Positions 8,585 to 16,938 of a stretch of DNA of 24,154 bases are shown here, piece by piece. Position 1 is the stretch's first letter, and every line of letters begins with the position of its first letter. The translations under genes were made by a program, and so were the position numbers. The DNA is taken from positions 1 to 24,154 of the forward strand of contig JBHLMP010000053.1 of assembly GCA_048938025.1 (NCBI GenBank), in the 5' to 3' direction. The notes below the pieces were generated by a model. It was given only the letters and a program-made list of their open reading frames with translations. It was not told where the DNA came from and did no database searches. This DNA comes from Promethearchaeota archaeon. Lineage in GTDB: Archaea > Asgardarchaeota > Lokiarchaeia > Sigyniarchaeales > SOKP01.

Positions 8585-9865
8585 TTAGAGATCTTTAATT
8601 CTGTAAGCTTCTAAAGCCGCATCAATTATTTTTGAAGCTATGTATCGTTTTGTATTTTTTTCAACATGTGTTATGTGTTTTAATTTATCAATAATAAAGA
8701 CTTCATTATCCTTACTAGCAAAACCAACATCATCTCTTCCAATGTCATTAGCAACAATCATATCAATCTCTGATTTTTTAAGGCGCTCATATGCTCGATT
8801 TATTAATTCACTTTTTGAAACGTTTGTCTCTGCTTTAAATCCCACTATGAATAGGTTATAATCTTTCCTTCTTGCAACATCAATAATTTTTGGTGTTAAC
8901 ATCATATTTACTTGTAAGCTTTTAATATTATCAGATGATATTTTACCTTCAATACATTCTACGGGTTTATAATCACTAATAGCAGCAGCAGAAATAAAGA
9001 AATCATAATTATTATAAGCTAACTCATCTTTAACTGTTTTTATGAAATCTTCTGTAGAAACTACATGAATAGATTTAATGTATTCTGGAATCTTTACCAT
9101 ACATTTCCCTGCTATTAATAGTACATCAGCTCCCCGTGCAGATGCCTCCTTGGCTAATTCTATCCCCATTCGCCCTGAAGACCTATTTGATACGAAACGA
9201 ACCGAATCTATTGCTTCTCTGGTAGGTCCTGCTGTAATCAAAACTTTCTTTCCTTCAAGATCTTTCTTAGCCACCAATAAATCAATTACTCGATCAATTA
9301 CATCGTCTATTTTAGCTATTTTTGCTTTTCCTTCAGAGATCCTTGGAGCTAATATATCTAAACCTGCCTTTCTTAATTTTTTTTCATTTTTTGCCAAAAT
9401 TGGGTGGTTATACATGCTTTCATGCATAGCTGGAACAATTACAATTGGCAAGGACGACCCAAAAGCTGTAGAAACTACTGTTGTTACCGGTGTATCATCA
9501 ATCCCATTTGCTATTTTTGAAATAGTGTTTGCAGTTGCAGGACATACTAAAATTAGATCTGCTTTTCCCACACCTCTAGGTCTTTCCCCTGCTAAATACA
9601 CATGTTCAACTGCGCCAGTCAATCGGGTTATTGCTGGATTACCTGTTGCCCATTCCATTAATGCGGGATTTATTAATTCAGTAGCAGCTTTAGACATAAC
9701 ACAAATTACTTCGGCACCAAGTCTCATGAGCTCTCTTGCTATAATTGGAGCTGAAATAACTGCTACAGAACCGGTTAAACACAGACAGATCGTTTTTCCT
9801 CGGAGAATAGTTCCTTTGCTTTCAACAATGTCTTTTGATGGATGTTGGAAATTATTGTTTTTCAT
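8585..9865 (-). CDS. coaBC: Bifunctional phosphopantothenoylcysteine decarboxylase / phosphopantothenate-cysteine ligase
   Basis: TGSVAV, CPATANTISKIANGIDD, VPAMHESM, ITAGPTREAIDSVRFVSNRSSGRMG, AAAISDY, VGFKAET, IVANDI. Confidence 0.97.
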   Translation of the reverse strand: MKNNNFQHPSKDIVESKGTILRGKTICLCLTGSVAVISAPIIARELMRLGAEVICVMSKAATELINPALMEWATGNPAITRLTGAVEHVYLAGERPRGVGKADLILVCPATANTISKIANGIDDTPVTTVVSTAFGSSLPIVIVPAMHESMYNHPILAKNEKKLRKAGLDILAPRISEGKAKIAKIDDVIDRVIDLLVAKKDLEGKKVLITAGPTREAIDSVRFVSNRSSGRMGIELAKEASARGADVLLIAGKCMVKIPEYIKSIHVVSTEDFIKTVKDELAYNNYDFFISAAAISDYKPVECIEGKISSDNIKSLQVNMMLTPKIIDVARRKDYNLFIVGFKAETNVSKSELINRAYERLKKSEIDMIVANDIGRDDVGFASKDNEVFIIDKLKHITHVEKNTKRYIASKIIDAALEAYRIKDL

Positions 9866-9915
9866 AGGCTAATTATTTTATTTATTTAATATCACTTAAA
9901 CTTTCAGATTGTATC

Positions 9916-9928
9916 TAATATAAACTTA
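9916..9928 (-). promoter_or_regulatory. Putative TATA element upstream of coaBC
   Basis: Minus strand TAAG-TTTATATTA ~50 nt upstream of the ATG, with the same core as at 1960-1967 and 15890-15899. Confidence 0.4.
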
Positions 9929-10041
9929 TGCATAATATATAAATTATGATATAAAAAGATCAGTCATTTCAATTCGCTTCCTTTTGGATCTAACATCTAA
10001 CAGATGTATTTTTAAAAAAAAATATTGATATTACCAAACTT

Positions 10042-12393
10042 TTAGTTTTCGTATTTTATATTTAATTTTAATTTTAATTTTTTGGCATATTCAATAAATT
10101 GGTTGAATTTATCTGGTTTAAAAATTATTTTATCTTCCATATTTAAGATTTTTATAATTTTTTTCCCATAATATGTTTTACTAATTTCTGAGACATCATG
10201 TAATTTCTCTTTCTTATGATATAGTTGAATAATTTTTGAAGATTCAAATTCCTCTTTTCTAATTTTAATGATTTCATTAGAATATTTAAAAAACGGAGTA
10301 TTTCGCAACTTTTTCAAATCAAAAATTATAGTACTACCAATTTCTCTTTTATCCAAAATTTTTCTTATGTGGGCGTGAACCTTATTCAAAAATTTTGATT
10401 TGAATTCTTCTAAATTAATATCTTCATCAATTAATTTCTTTATTAATTCAGGGTAAGGCAAATCTAATCCTGCTAATTCATTGGTTAAATCCAATAATAT
10501 TAAGATTTGACTAGATTTTATCTCATAATCTGTTTTTAATTCCTCAAAAACATAGTCTTTTTCTTTATTAATAAAATTAAATAAAAATTCTTTGAAATCT
10601 TTGATAAATTGATTATAATTTGGTATAAATAGTTTATTTGGATTATTAACTACCATATCAATAGCATGAAAGGGACCAATTTCTTTATTTAATACATTTT
10701 TTACGAGAGAGAGTGGATAATATCCTTCTATAAAAGGCATTCCCCTAGAAACACTTTTTATTCCATCTTTAAATGAACATTTTGTAATTATATTAATGGT
10801 TTTAATAATATTACCCTCAATTTTAGTAGGTGTTTTCTTACAATAACAAAGATCAAAGGGTTTTAAATCGTGAAATAACGGATTATTTTGGTCAGGGATA
10901 ATAATTTGATTCCCATAAGCATTTACAATACTGCCTTGAATTGGTTTACTTGCTAAATCCCATTCAATTATCATTACATCATTTGAGTATTTCTGGTCAA
11001 TATCATAGCCATAATCTATACTTTTACTTAATAAAGAAAATCCATTGAGTGATTTTATCTCATAATTATCTATTTCTCCCCAAAATTGTTCTCTATAATA
11101 GTTTACATCTGGAAGATTACTTAGATCGTCCAAAAACAATTCTTTTATAATAAAGTAATTAATCCCAATTTCCGAGGATTTTATAATTTGTTCATTTATT
11201 CCAGAAAATCCTATTCGAGAAATTATATAATAATATACTGGATTTTTTAAATTATCATCATCGTGCGTAACTCTATATGTATTTCTTATTTTTCTGAATT
11301 CCCCTTTAGATTTCTTAATTTTGTATTTTTCTATTAAAAGCTTTAAATATGCAAATTTTTTTATATATACCTTTTTCTCTAATTCTTTTATTTCCTCTTT
11401 ATATTTTTTATAAGCATTGTAGAATTTTTCTGTAGGAATATTGATAATTTTAAATTGTTCCTTTAATAATTTCAATTTTTCAATAACACAAAAATTATCA
11501 ATTTCGGAGAAAAAATAATTTAGTAAACTCTCTCTTAAAGAATCGAGTTGATCTTGTGTTGGTATATTATTGAAACTAGGATCTAATTTTATTAGATTAT
11601 CAAAATTTCTTTTTATGAAATATATTGAAAAATATTTATCATTAAAATTTGTACTATTAACTAGTTTTTTTAACTTATTTCTGAAGGGTAATTTATATAG
11701 AATTCTGTTAAATTTTAAAATTTTATCTATAGATTCAATAATTCTTAGTAGATTAAAAAAAGAATAATCAGAAATGCAAATCATAAATCGTTTAAATCCT
11801 TTTTCTAAATAATCGATATGCTTGACAAAGAACGTTGCTATTTCATTTTCATAACTATATCTTAAAAATTCAAAGAATTCGATGAATAAATTATTTTCTA
11901 TCGAATTTATTAAAAAAGTTTCAATAATTTCTTCGCTTTCAAATTGGTTGATAATTGCTTTATTTAGGTAACTTAAGGCTTCAACACAATTATTACTTTC
12001 AAAACAAGTATTTGCTAGTAATAAATAATTTTTACTTTTTTTTTTTGATCCAAAATCTTCTGAAGTTAATAAGTAGTTTTCCAGATTTTCTAAGATTTTT
12101 ACGGCAAGTGAATTCTTAATGATCATTAGTAATTTTATTAAATGAACACACACTTTTTCACTTCTTTCAGAATGGATAAGAAATGAAGGGCAATCATGAA
12201 AAATTTCACCTTTTTTCTCATCAATAATAAGGTGGAATTCTCTTTCATTATCTAGAACTATACTCTTTATTTTTATTGGCTTTTCCCTTAAATAAATAAT
12301 GTTAATTTTGTTATTTGGAAAATTAAATGATTTTTGGTATAATTTTTCACCGAACTCGTTGATGATTTTCTTTGAAAGAGATGAAATTGTCAT
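10042..12393 (-). CDS. Large protein with an N-terminal SWIM-like zinc finger (HxC...CxH variant) followed by a TPR-like helix pair
   Basis: FHLIIDEKKGEIFHDCPSF-x9-VCVHLIKLL matches the SWIM pattern CxC-xn-CxH with the first Cys replaced by His. YLLLANTCFESNNCVEALSYLNKAI is TPR-like. It starts 6 nt after the vWA gene stop. Confidence 0.75.
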   Translation of the reverse strand: MTISSLSKKIINEFGEKLYQKSFNFPNNKINIIYLREKPIKIKSIVLDNEREFHLIIDEKKGEIFHDCPSFLIHSERSEKVCVHLIKLLMIIKNSLAVKILENLENYLLTSEDFGSKKKSKNYLLLANTCFESNNCVEALSYLNKAIINQFESEEIIETFLINSIENNLFIEFFEFLRYSYENEIATFFVKHIDYLEKGFKRFMICISDYSFFNLLRIIESIDKILKFNRILYKLPFRNKLKKLVNSTNFNDKYFSIYFIKRNFDNLIKLDPSFNNIPTQDQLDSLRESLLNYFFSEIDNFCVIEKLKLLKEQFKIINIPTEKFYNAYKKYKEEIKELEKKVYIKKFAYLKLLIEKYKIKKSKGEFRKIRNTYRVTHDDDNLKNPVYYYIISRIGFSGINEQIIKSSEIGINYFIIKELFLDDLSNLPDVNYYREQFWGEIDNYEIKSLNGFSLLSKSIDYGYDIDQKYSNDVMIIEWDLASKPIQGSIVNAYGNQIIIPDQNNPLFHDLKPFDLCYCKKTPTKIEGNIIKTINIITKCSFKDGIKSVSRGMPFIEGYYPLSLVKNVLNKEIGPFHAIDMVVNNPNKLFIPNYNQFIKDFKEFLFNFINKEKDYVFEELKTDYEIKSSQILILLDLTNELAGLDLPYPELIKKLIDEDINLEEFKSKFLNKVHAHIRKILDKREIGSTIIFDLKKLRNTPFFKYSNEIIKIRKEEFESSKIIQLYHKKEKLHDVSEISKTYYGKKIIKILNMEDKIIFKPDKFNQFIEYAKKLKLKLNIKYEN

Positions 12394-12399
12394 TTTCTT

Positions 12400-14880
12400 T
12401 TAAAATCTTGAATTTATTATTTCAGAGATTAATCTGGGAAATTCACTATAATCTTTGATGGTTAATAACTGACCCCCAGCTATTTTCACCATTTTTTTAG
12501 CTTCTTTAAGATTATAAGACTCTTCAGGACAAACTAAAATGAAATCGATACCCAATGAACGTAAAATTCTCAATTCCTCAATAGCTTCTCGAAGATCAAA
12601 AATCTCTGCGTCTGTGAATAGCACATTTAATTTTTCACGTGATTGCGCTGCTTCTTTAAATTGTTTTCTTGCCCATTCCAATGCACTTTGAATTTTTGTT
12701 CCTCCCTGTGCTTTAACGCTTAGTAATTCGTCAGCGAGTTTTTCTAGATCTATTTTTTGGGTCATTTCCTTTAATACATGAGTATTTGATTCGAAAAAAG
12801 TGATTGCAAGCTCATCCTTACGCAAACCATAACATAACATAGTTATGCAGATGCTCATATAAGCTAATTTATCACCAGTCATAGAACCGCTTATATCTAA
12901 TTCAAAACAAGCGCTTCTAAGACCTTTTGCGGTCTCAAAAACAAAGAAATCATCATATTGTATGTGGTCTAATTCTTTACCCTTCTCTAAAATGTTATAT
13001 ACGGTTTCTTCTAGATCAATATTCTCAAAATCGTCTCCAATTGAATAAGGTCTTACAATATTTATAGGAATAGGTCCTGTTGTTGCGCTTCCTAATCGTG
13101 CTCGTGAGTAATATATACCCAAGTCAATTAACATCTTTTTTGCCAATTCTTTAACTTTTTGTTTTGTTTTTTCTGGTAAGTCTCTACGATGAATAAACCA
13201 TTGTTTAAGTAAATTTTCTCCACTCCCAGCAGATAAGCATGAAATCATTTTATCTTGTCCTTCTTGACCACCAATTTGGGAAGCTCCTTTTAAAGCTTCA
13301 CTTAAATTGAAATTACCAAGAGCGCCTAATGCCTCTCTATTATCTGAAGCTAAACCACTAGCAATAAGTTCTTTTATCCTTTCATAATTCAATTGATCTT
13401 GAATTTGATTCATTAAATTACTTAAACGTTGAAAATCAGCTTGGTTCTTTTCAACTAATTTTTTTAATAGCTGATAATTTGGTTCTATTAATTCATAAAT
13501 TTCATCTTCAGGCATATCTAGTTCTTTTCCAATTCTTTTTATATCATCTGATTCTGGGTTTAGCCCTATTTTTCTTAAAAATTCAGTCACATTTCTTAGT
13601 TGAGAAGGTGTTTCACAAGATTCTAAAGTTAATGAAGTTAGATCTGGAAGTTCTTGAGCCATCTTTTGACTGCAATGCATATTTGCACAACTATTCATAA
13701 GTTGCTGTAATTGATGAGTTAAAGATTTAAATGCCTCAAACTTCACATTTTGATTTGATGCGTCTGATATTGCATTTTGAAGAGCTTGATTAAAAAGAGA
13801 ATTCCAAGATTTATTTGCAAATGCACTTTTAGTTAAGGTCTCTAAGGAAAGATTGATTTGATTTTGTTCATTGAATTTATCTAATAATGAAGTTCTGAGA
13901 TTTGTACCAAAATACTGATCCAATGAGTTAGCTAGATTAAAATTATGTTCAAATGTATTATTTTGTAAAGAGTTATTTAATACATTTTTTAGATTAAATT
14001 TAGGTGTTTCTCCTAAGTTTTTTGCTGCGCTAAATAATTGATCTAAATTACTTATGTGATCTTGAAGTTTATTTTTCAAATTTTGAAGAGTATCTTTTGG
14101 AATAGCATTAGTCTCATTTAAATATTTTAATGTTTGTAATAAATCTTCTAGATTTCTCGAATTAAGTAATTTATTTAAATCCTCAGAAATATTTTGACCA
14201 TTAAGAGCTTTACTTGTAATTTTTTCCCATGTACGTTTTGATTTTTCTTGGATCAAATCATCCAAGCCTAAAGAATCACCAGCTTTTAAATCTTTTGGAT
14301 CTAACGAATTAATTTTTTGTATTAACCTTTTTTTCGCTTCCTCTAATAATTTATCTAAAGAAGTTATTTCCTCTTTATATAACTCTGAATCATCATTAAA
14401 GAAATTAAGAGCGGATTTAAAGGGTTCTTCATCTCTTTTTTGATTCAACTCATCGAAAAACTGCTCTAATTGTTGGATAACATCTGTATCAACTGATTTA
14501 GTTAGTTCAATTTCATCAATTAAATCCTGAAGTTGATCTAACTCTGTTTTTAACTCAGGACTTATCAATTCTTCTCCAATTTCATTAATTTTATTTTGAT
14601 CGAAAAATGATTTCATTATATTTTTTTTATAATTTGGAAACAGGATCTCGAAAGCAATATCTTTTGCTAATTTTTGATTATCTGGAAATGAAGTAACTGA
14701 ACTAATTTCAATGAAATCATTTGGAGTAACTGATCCTTTACGATAATATCTCGAAACTATTAATTTAGGTATAGATAATACTTGCCTTGAAGATGGAATT
14801 TGTACAATATCGGGATGATTCCTCATTCTCCTAATAAATTCAACAGCAAATTCACACGGATTCTCAGGAAAAATCCCCAA
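12400..14880 (-). CDS. vWA (MIDAS) domain protein, CoxE-like MoxR partner, with N-terminal AAA-lid-like segment and long helical middle region
   Basis: C-terminal RPY...DD...IDLEETV, MIDAS LDISGSM, GGTKI and VLFTDA. TTG start preceded by GGAGGT Shine-Dalgarno in the end of the ATPase gene. Confidence 0.9.
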   Translation of the reverse strand: MGIFPENPCEFAVEFIRRMRNHPDIVQIPSSRQVLSIPKLIVSRYYRKGSVTPNDFIEISSVTSFPDNQKLAKDIAFEILFPNYKKNIMKSFFDQNKINEIGEELISPELKTELDQLQDLIDEIELTKSVDTDVIQQLEQFFDELNQKRDEEPFKSALNFFNDDSELYKEEITSLDKLLEEAKKRLIQKINSLDPKDLKAGDSLGLDDLIQEKSKRTWEKITSKALNGQNISEDLNKLLNSRNLEDLLQTLKYLNETNAIPKDTLQNLKNKLQDHISNLDQLFSAAKNLGETPKFNLKNVLNNSLQNNTFEHNFNLANSLDQYFGTNLRTSLLDKFNEQNQINLSLETLTKSAFANKSWNSLFNQALQNAISDASNQNVKFEAFKSLTHQLQQLMNSCANMHCSQKMAQELPDLTSLTLESCETPSQLRNVTEFLRKIGLNPESDDIKRIGKELDMPEDEIYELIEPNYQLLKKLVEKNQADFQRLSNLMNQIQDQLNYERIKELIASGLASDNREALGALGNFNLSEALKGASQIGGQEGQDKMISCLSAGSGENLLKQWFIHRRDLPEKTKQKVKELAKKMLIDLGIYYSRARLGSATTGPIPINIVRPYSIGDDFENIDLEETVYNILEKGKELDHIQYDDFFVFETAKGLRSACFELDISGSMTGDKLAYMSICITMLCYGLRKDELAITFFESNTHVLKEMTQKIDLEKLADELLSVKAQGGTKIQSALEWARKQFKEAAQSREKLNVLFTDAEIFDLREAIEELRILRSLGIDFILVCPEESYNLKEAKKMVKIAGGQLLTIKDYSEFPRLISEIINSRF

Positions 14881-14884
14881 ATAT

Positions 14885-15826
14885 TTAACCTCCTAGGGTT
14901 TTATGAATAATATTTTCTATAATGTTTTCAACTTTTACTCCAGGTTTGGGTTTAATACTTCCTAATAATACGTGTTTGGCAATTTCAGAGAGGTAAACAT
15001 ATACAGATTCTTTTTCCTCTGCTTTTTTTTCTTTTTCCAAGAGCCTTTTTCTACCTAACATCTTTGCTAATGCAATTCCAGCCCTTATTGATGCTGGAAC
15101 CTCAATATCAATTTTATTTTGTCTTGTTTCTTTTATTATTGAATATATTAATTCTAATTCAGATTCTTCTATAATGAAATGTTCTGGTAAATTAATCCTA
15201 ATAATATCTAATTCAGTAGATTTATCAGGATAAGTTAGTTTAATCCAAACCTTAATTCTATCTTTTAAAGCTTCAGATAATCGATGAGTCCCTGAAAGTT
15301 CTTCAGGGTTCATAGCACATATGAAGAAGAAATCGTTATCGGCTTTAATTCGTCCAAGGTGAGGAATACTAATCGAAGCTTCTTCTAAAGGTTCTAATAG
15401 AGTATTTTGTGAATATTCAGTTGCTCTATTAATTTCATTTGCGAGGAAAGTGCCTCCTTCTAACATTGCATTAAGTAGAGGTCCTGGATTAAACGCTTCT
15501 AATACAAAACCTTTTTTCAATGTGATAGCAGGATCAAATGATCCTATAAAATGGGATGGTTTAATGCTTTCATCCATTGTCAACCAGTTGAAACTTTTAT
15601 TTTTATTTTCTTGAGCTCTTAAACTTGCAAAGTATCTACATAATATGGTTTTTCCTACACCTGGTGGTCCAACAAGAGCAGGAAATAAATTTGTTGCCTC
15701 TGCGTCTCTCAATAATTCTAAGGCCTTACCATATTGTCCTGAAAGAACAATATCAATTTGTTCTTCAGAAATATCTTTGATAAGGCGTTGATTGAATAGT
15801 TCCTCGAACCTTTCTTTATTTATCAT
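14885..15826 (-). CDS. MoxR-family AAA+ ATPase (CoxD/GvpN-like)
   Basis: Walker A GPPGVGKT, GPLLNAM, Walker B FLANEINRA, QNTLL..LEE, sensor I AMNP, LSEALKDR arginine finger, sensor II ASIRAGI. Confidence 0.92.
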   Translation of the reverse strand: MINKERFEELFNQRLIKDISEEQIDIVLSGQYGKALELLRDAEATNLFPALVGPPGVGKTILCRYFASLRAQENKNKSFNWLTMDESIKPSHFIGSFDPAITLKKGFVLEAFNPGPLLNAMLEGGTFLANEINRATEYSQNTLLEPLEEASISIPHLGRIKADNDFFFICAMNPEELSGTHRLSEALKDRIKVWIKLTYPDKSTELDIIRINLPEHFIIEESELELIYSIIKETRQNKIDIEVPASIRAGIALAKMLGRKRLLEKEKKAEEKESVYVYLSEIAKHVLLGSIKPKPGVKVENIIENIIHKTLGG

Positions 15827-15848
15827 TTTAGATCTTAATCCAATTTTG

Positions 15849-15924
15849 AAAACATAGATGTTTTTATTACATGAATATTAAGTGTTAGATAATATAAAAC
15901 TTTAAAGTTAATAATTTAAAGTTA
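15849..15924. promoter_or_regulatory. Divergent promoter region with TATA-like elements, palindromes and a direct repeat
   Basis: AAAACAT-AG-ATGTTTT inverted repeat 15849-15864; minus-strand TTTTATATTA 15890-15899; perfect palindrome AACTTTAAAGTT 15898-15909; TTTAAAGTTA direct repeat at 15901-15910 and 15915-15924. Confidence 0.4.
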
Positions 15925-15953
15925 TTATAATTTCTTAGAATATTTTAAAAATC

Positions 15954-16820
15954 GTGGAAATTACCTATATAAATTTAGTCAAAATGATAGAGCCTTATTT
16001 TAAAGATAGAAATTTCACTTTATATCTTGGAGATACTTTGGAAATCCTCAATCAATTTGATGATACAAAATTTGATTTAATATTTGTTGATCCTCCCTAT
16101 TTCTTATCCAGTGGAGGGATTACGTGTTCATCAGGTAAGATGGTTTCAGTTAATAAAGGTGAATGGGATAAATCTAAGGGTTTTGATGAAGATATTATGT
16201 TTATTGATTCTTGGTTAAAAGCATGTAAGAGGGTATTAGGTGAAAATGGATCTATTTGGATTTCAGGAACTTTACATGTTATATATAAAGTTGGATATTT
16301 GCTAGAAAAAAATAGTTATGATATTATCAATGATATAATTTGGTTTAAACCCAATGCCCCACCGAATTTATCATGTAAATATTTTACGCATAGTCATGAA
16401 ATTGTTTTATGGGCTCGTAAATCTAAAAATTCATCTCATACATTTAACTATGAACAAATGAAAATTTGGAATAATCCTAAAGATAAATTAAAAAATAAAG
16501 ATAAACAAATGAGAAGCGTTTGGTCAATTCCATTAATTCCTAAGGAAGAGAAAGAATTTGGTAAACATCCTACTCAAAAACCGTTGGAATTATTAAACAG
16601 AATAATTTCATCATCTTCAAATGAAGGTGATTGGGTTTTAGATCCATTTGTAGGGTCTGGAACCACCGGTATTGTGTGTAGTATTTTAAATCGAAGTTTT
16701 GTTGGAATTGACTCAAATAAAGAATATCTGGATGTAGCTATTAAAAGATTTAAAGATAAACGAAAAAAAGAACTCTTATTTTCTTCTGAAAAAAAAAATC
16801 ATTTAATGAAATTTATGTAA
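15954..16820 (+). CDS. Site-specific DNA amino-methyltransferase, beta class, DpnA (M2.DpnII)-like
   Basis: Catalytic DPPY precedes the SAM-binding motif VLDPFVGSGTT (beta order). DPPYFLSSGGITCSSGKMVSVNKGEWDK, WFKPNAPPNLSC, KQMRSVW and GKHPTQKP are characteristic of DpnA-like GATC m6A MTases. ATG at 15984 is a likely alternative start. Confidence 0.92.
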   Translation: MEITYINLVKMIEPYFKDRNFTLYLGDTLEILNQFDDTKFDLIFVDPPYFLSSGGITCSSGKMVSVNKGEWDKSKGFDEDIMFIDSWLKACKRVLGENGSIWISGTLHVIYKVGYLLEKNSYDIINDIIWFKPNAPPNLSCKYFTHSHEIVLWARKSKNSSHTFNYEQMKIWNNPKDKLKNKDKQMRSVWSIPLIPKEEKEFGKHPTQKPLELLNRIISSSSNEGDWVLDPFVGSGTTGIVCSILNRSFVGIDSNKEYLDVAIKRFKDKRKKELLFSSEKKNHLMKFM

Positions 16821-16938
16821 GGTTTTTAACTTCCAGAAATTCTGTGATAGAATATAATAAAAACGTTTATTAAATAAAGCAATTATATTTTTAATTAAAT
16901 TAATTGCACAGAATGAATGATAAAAATTAGGGATCTTT

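Noticed and set aside
9078-9872. 264-aa plus-strand ORF
   Set aside because: Antisense shadow of coaBC with no recognisable motifs.
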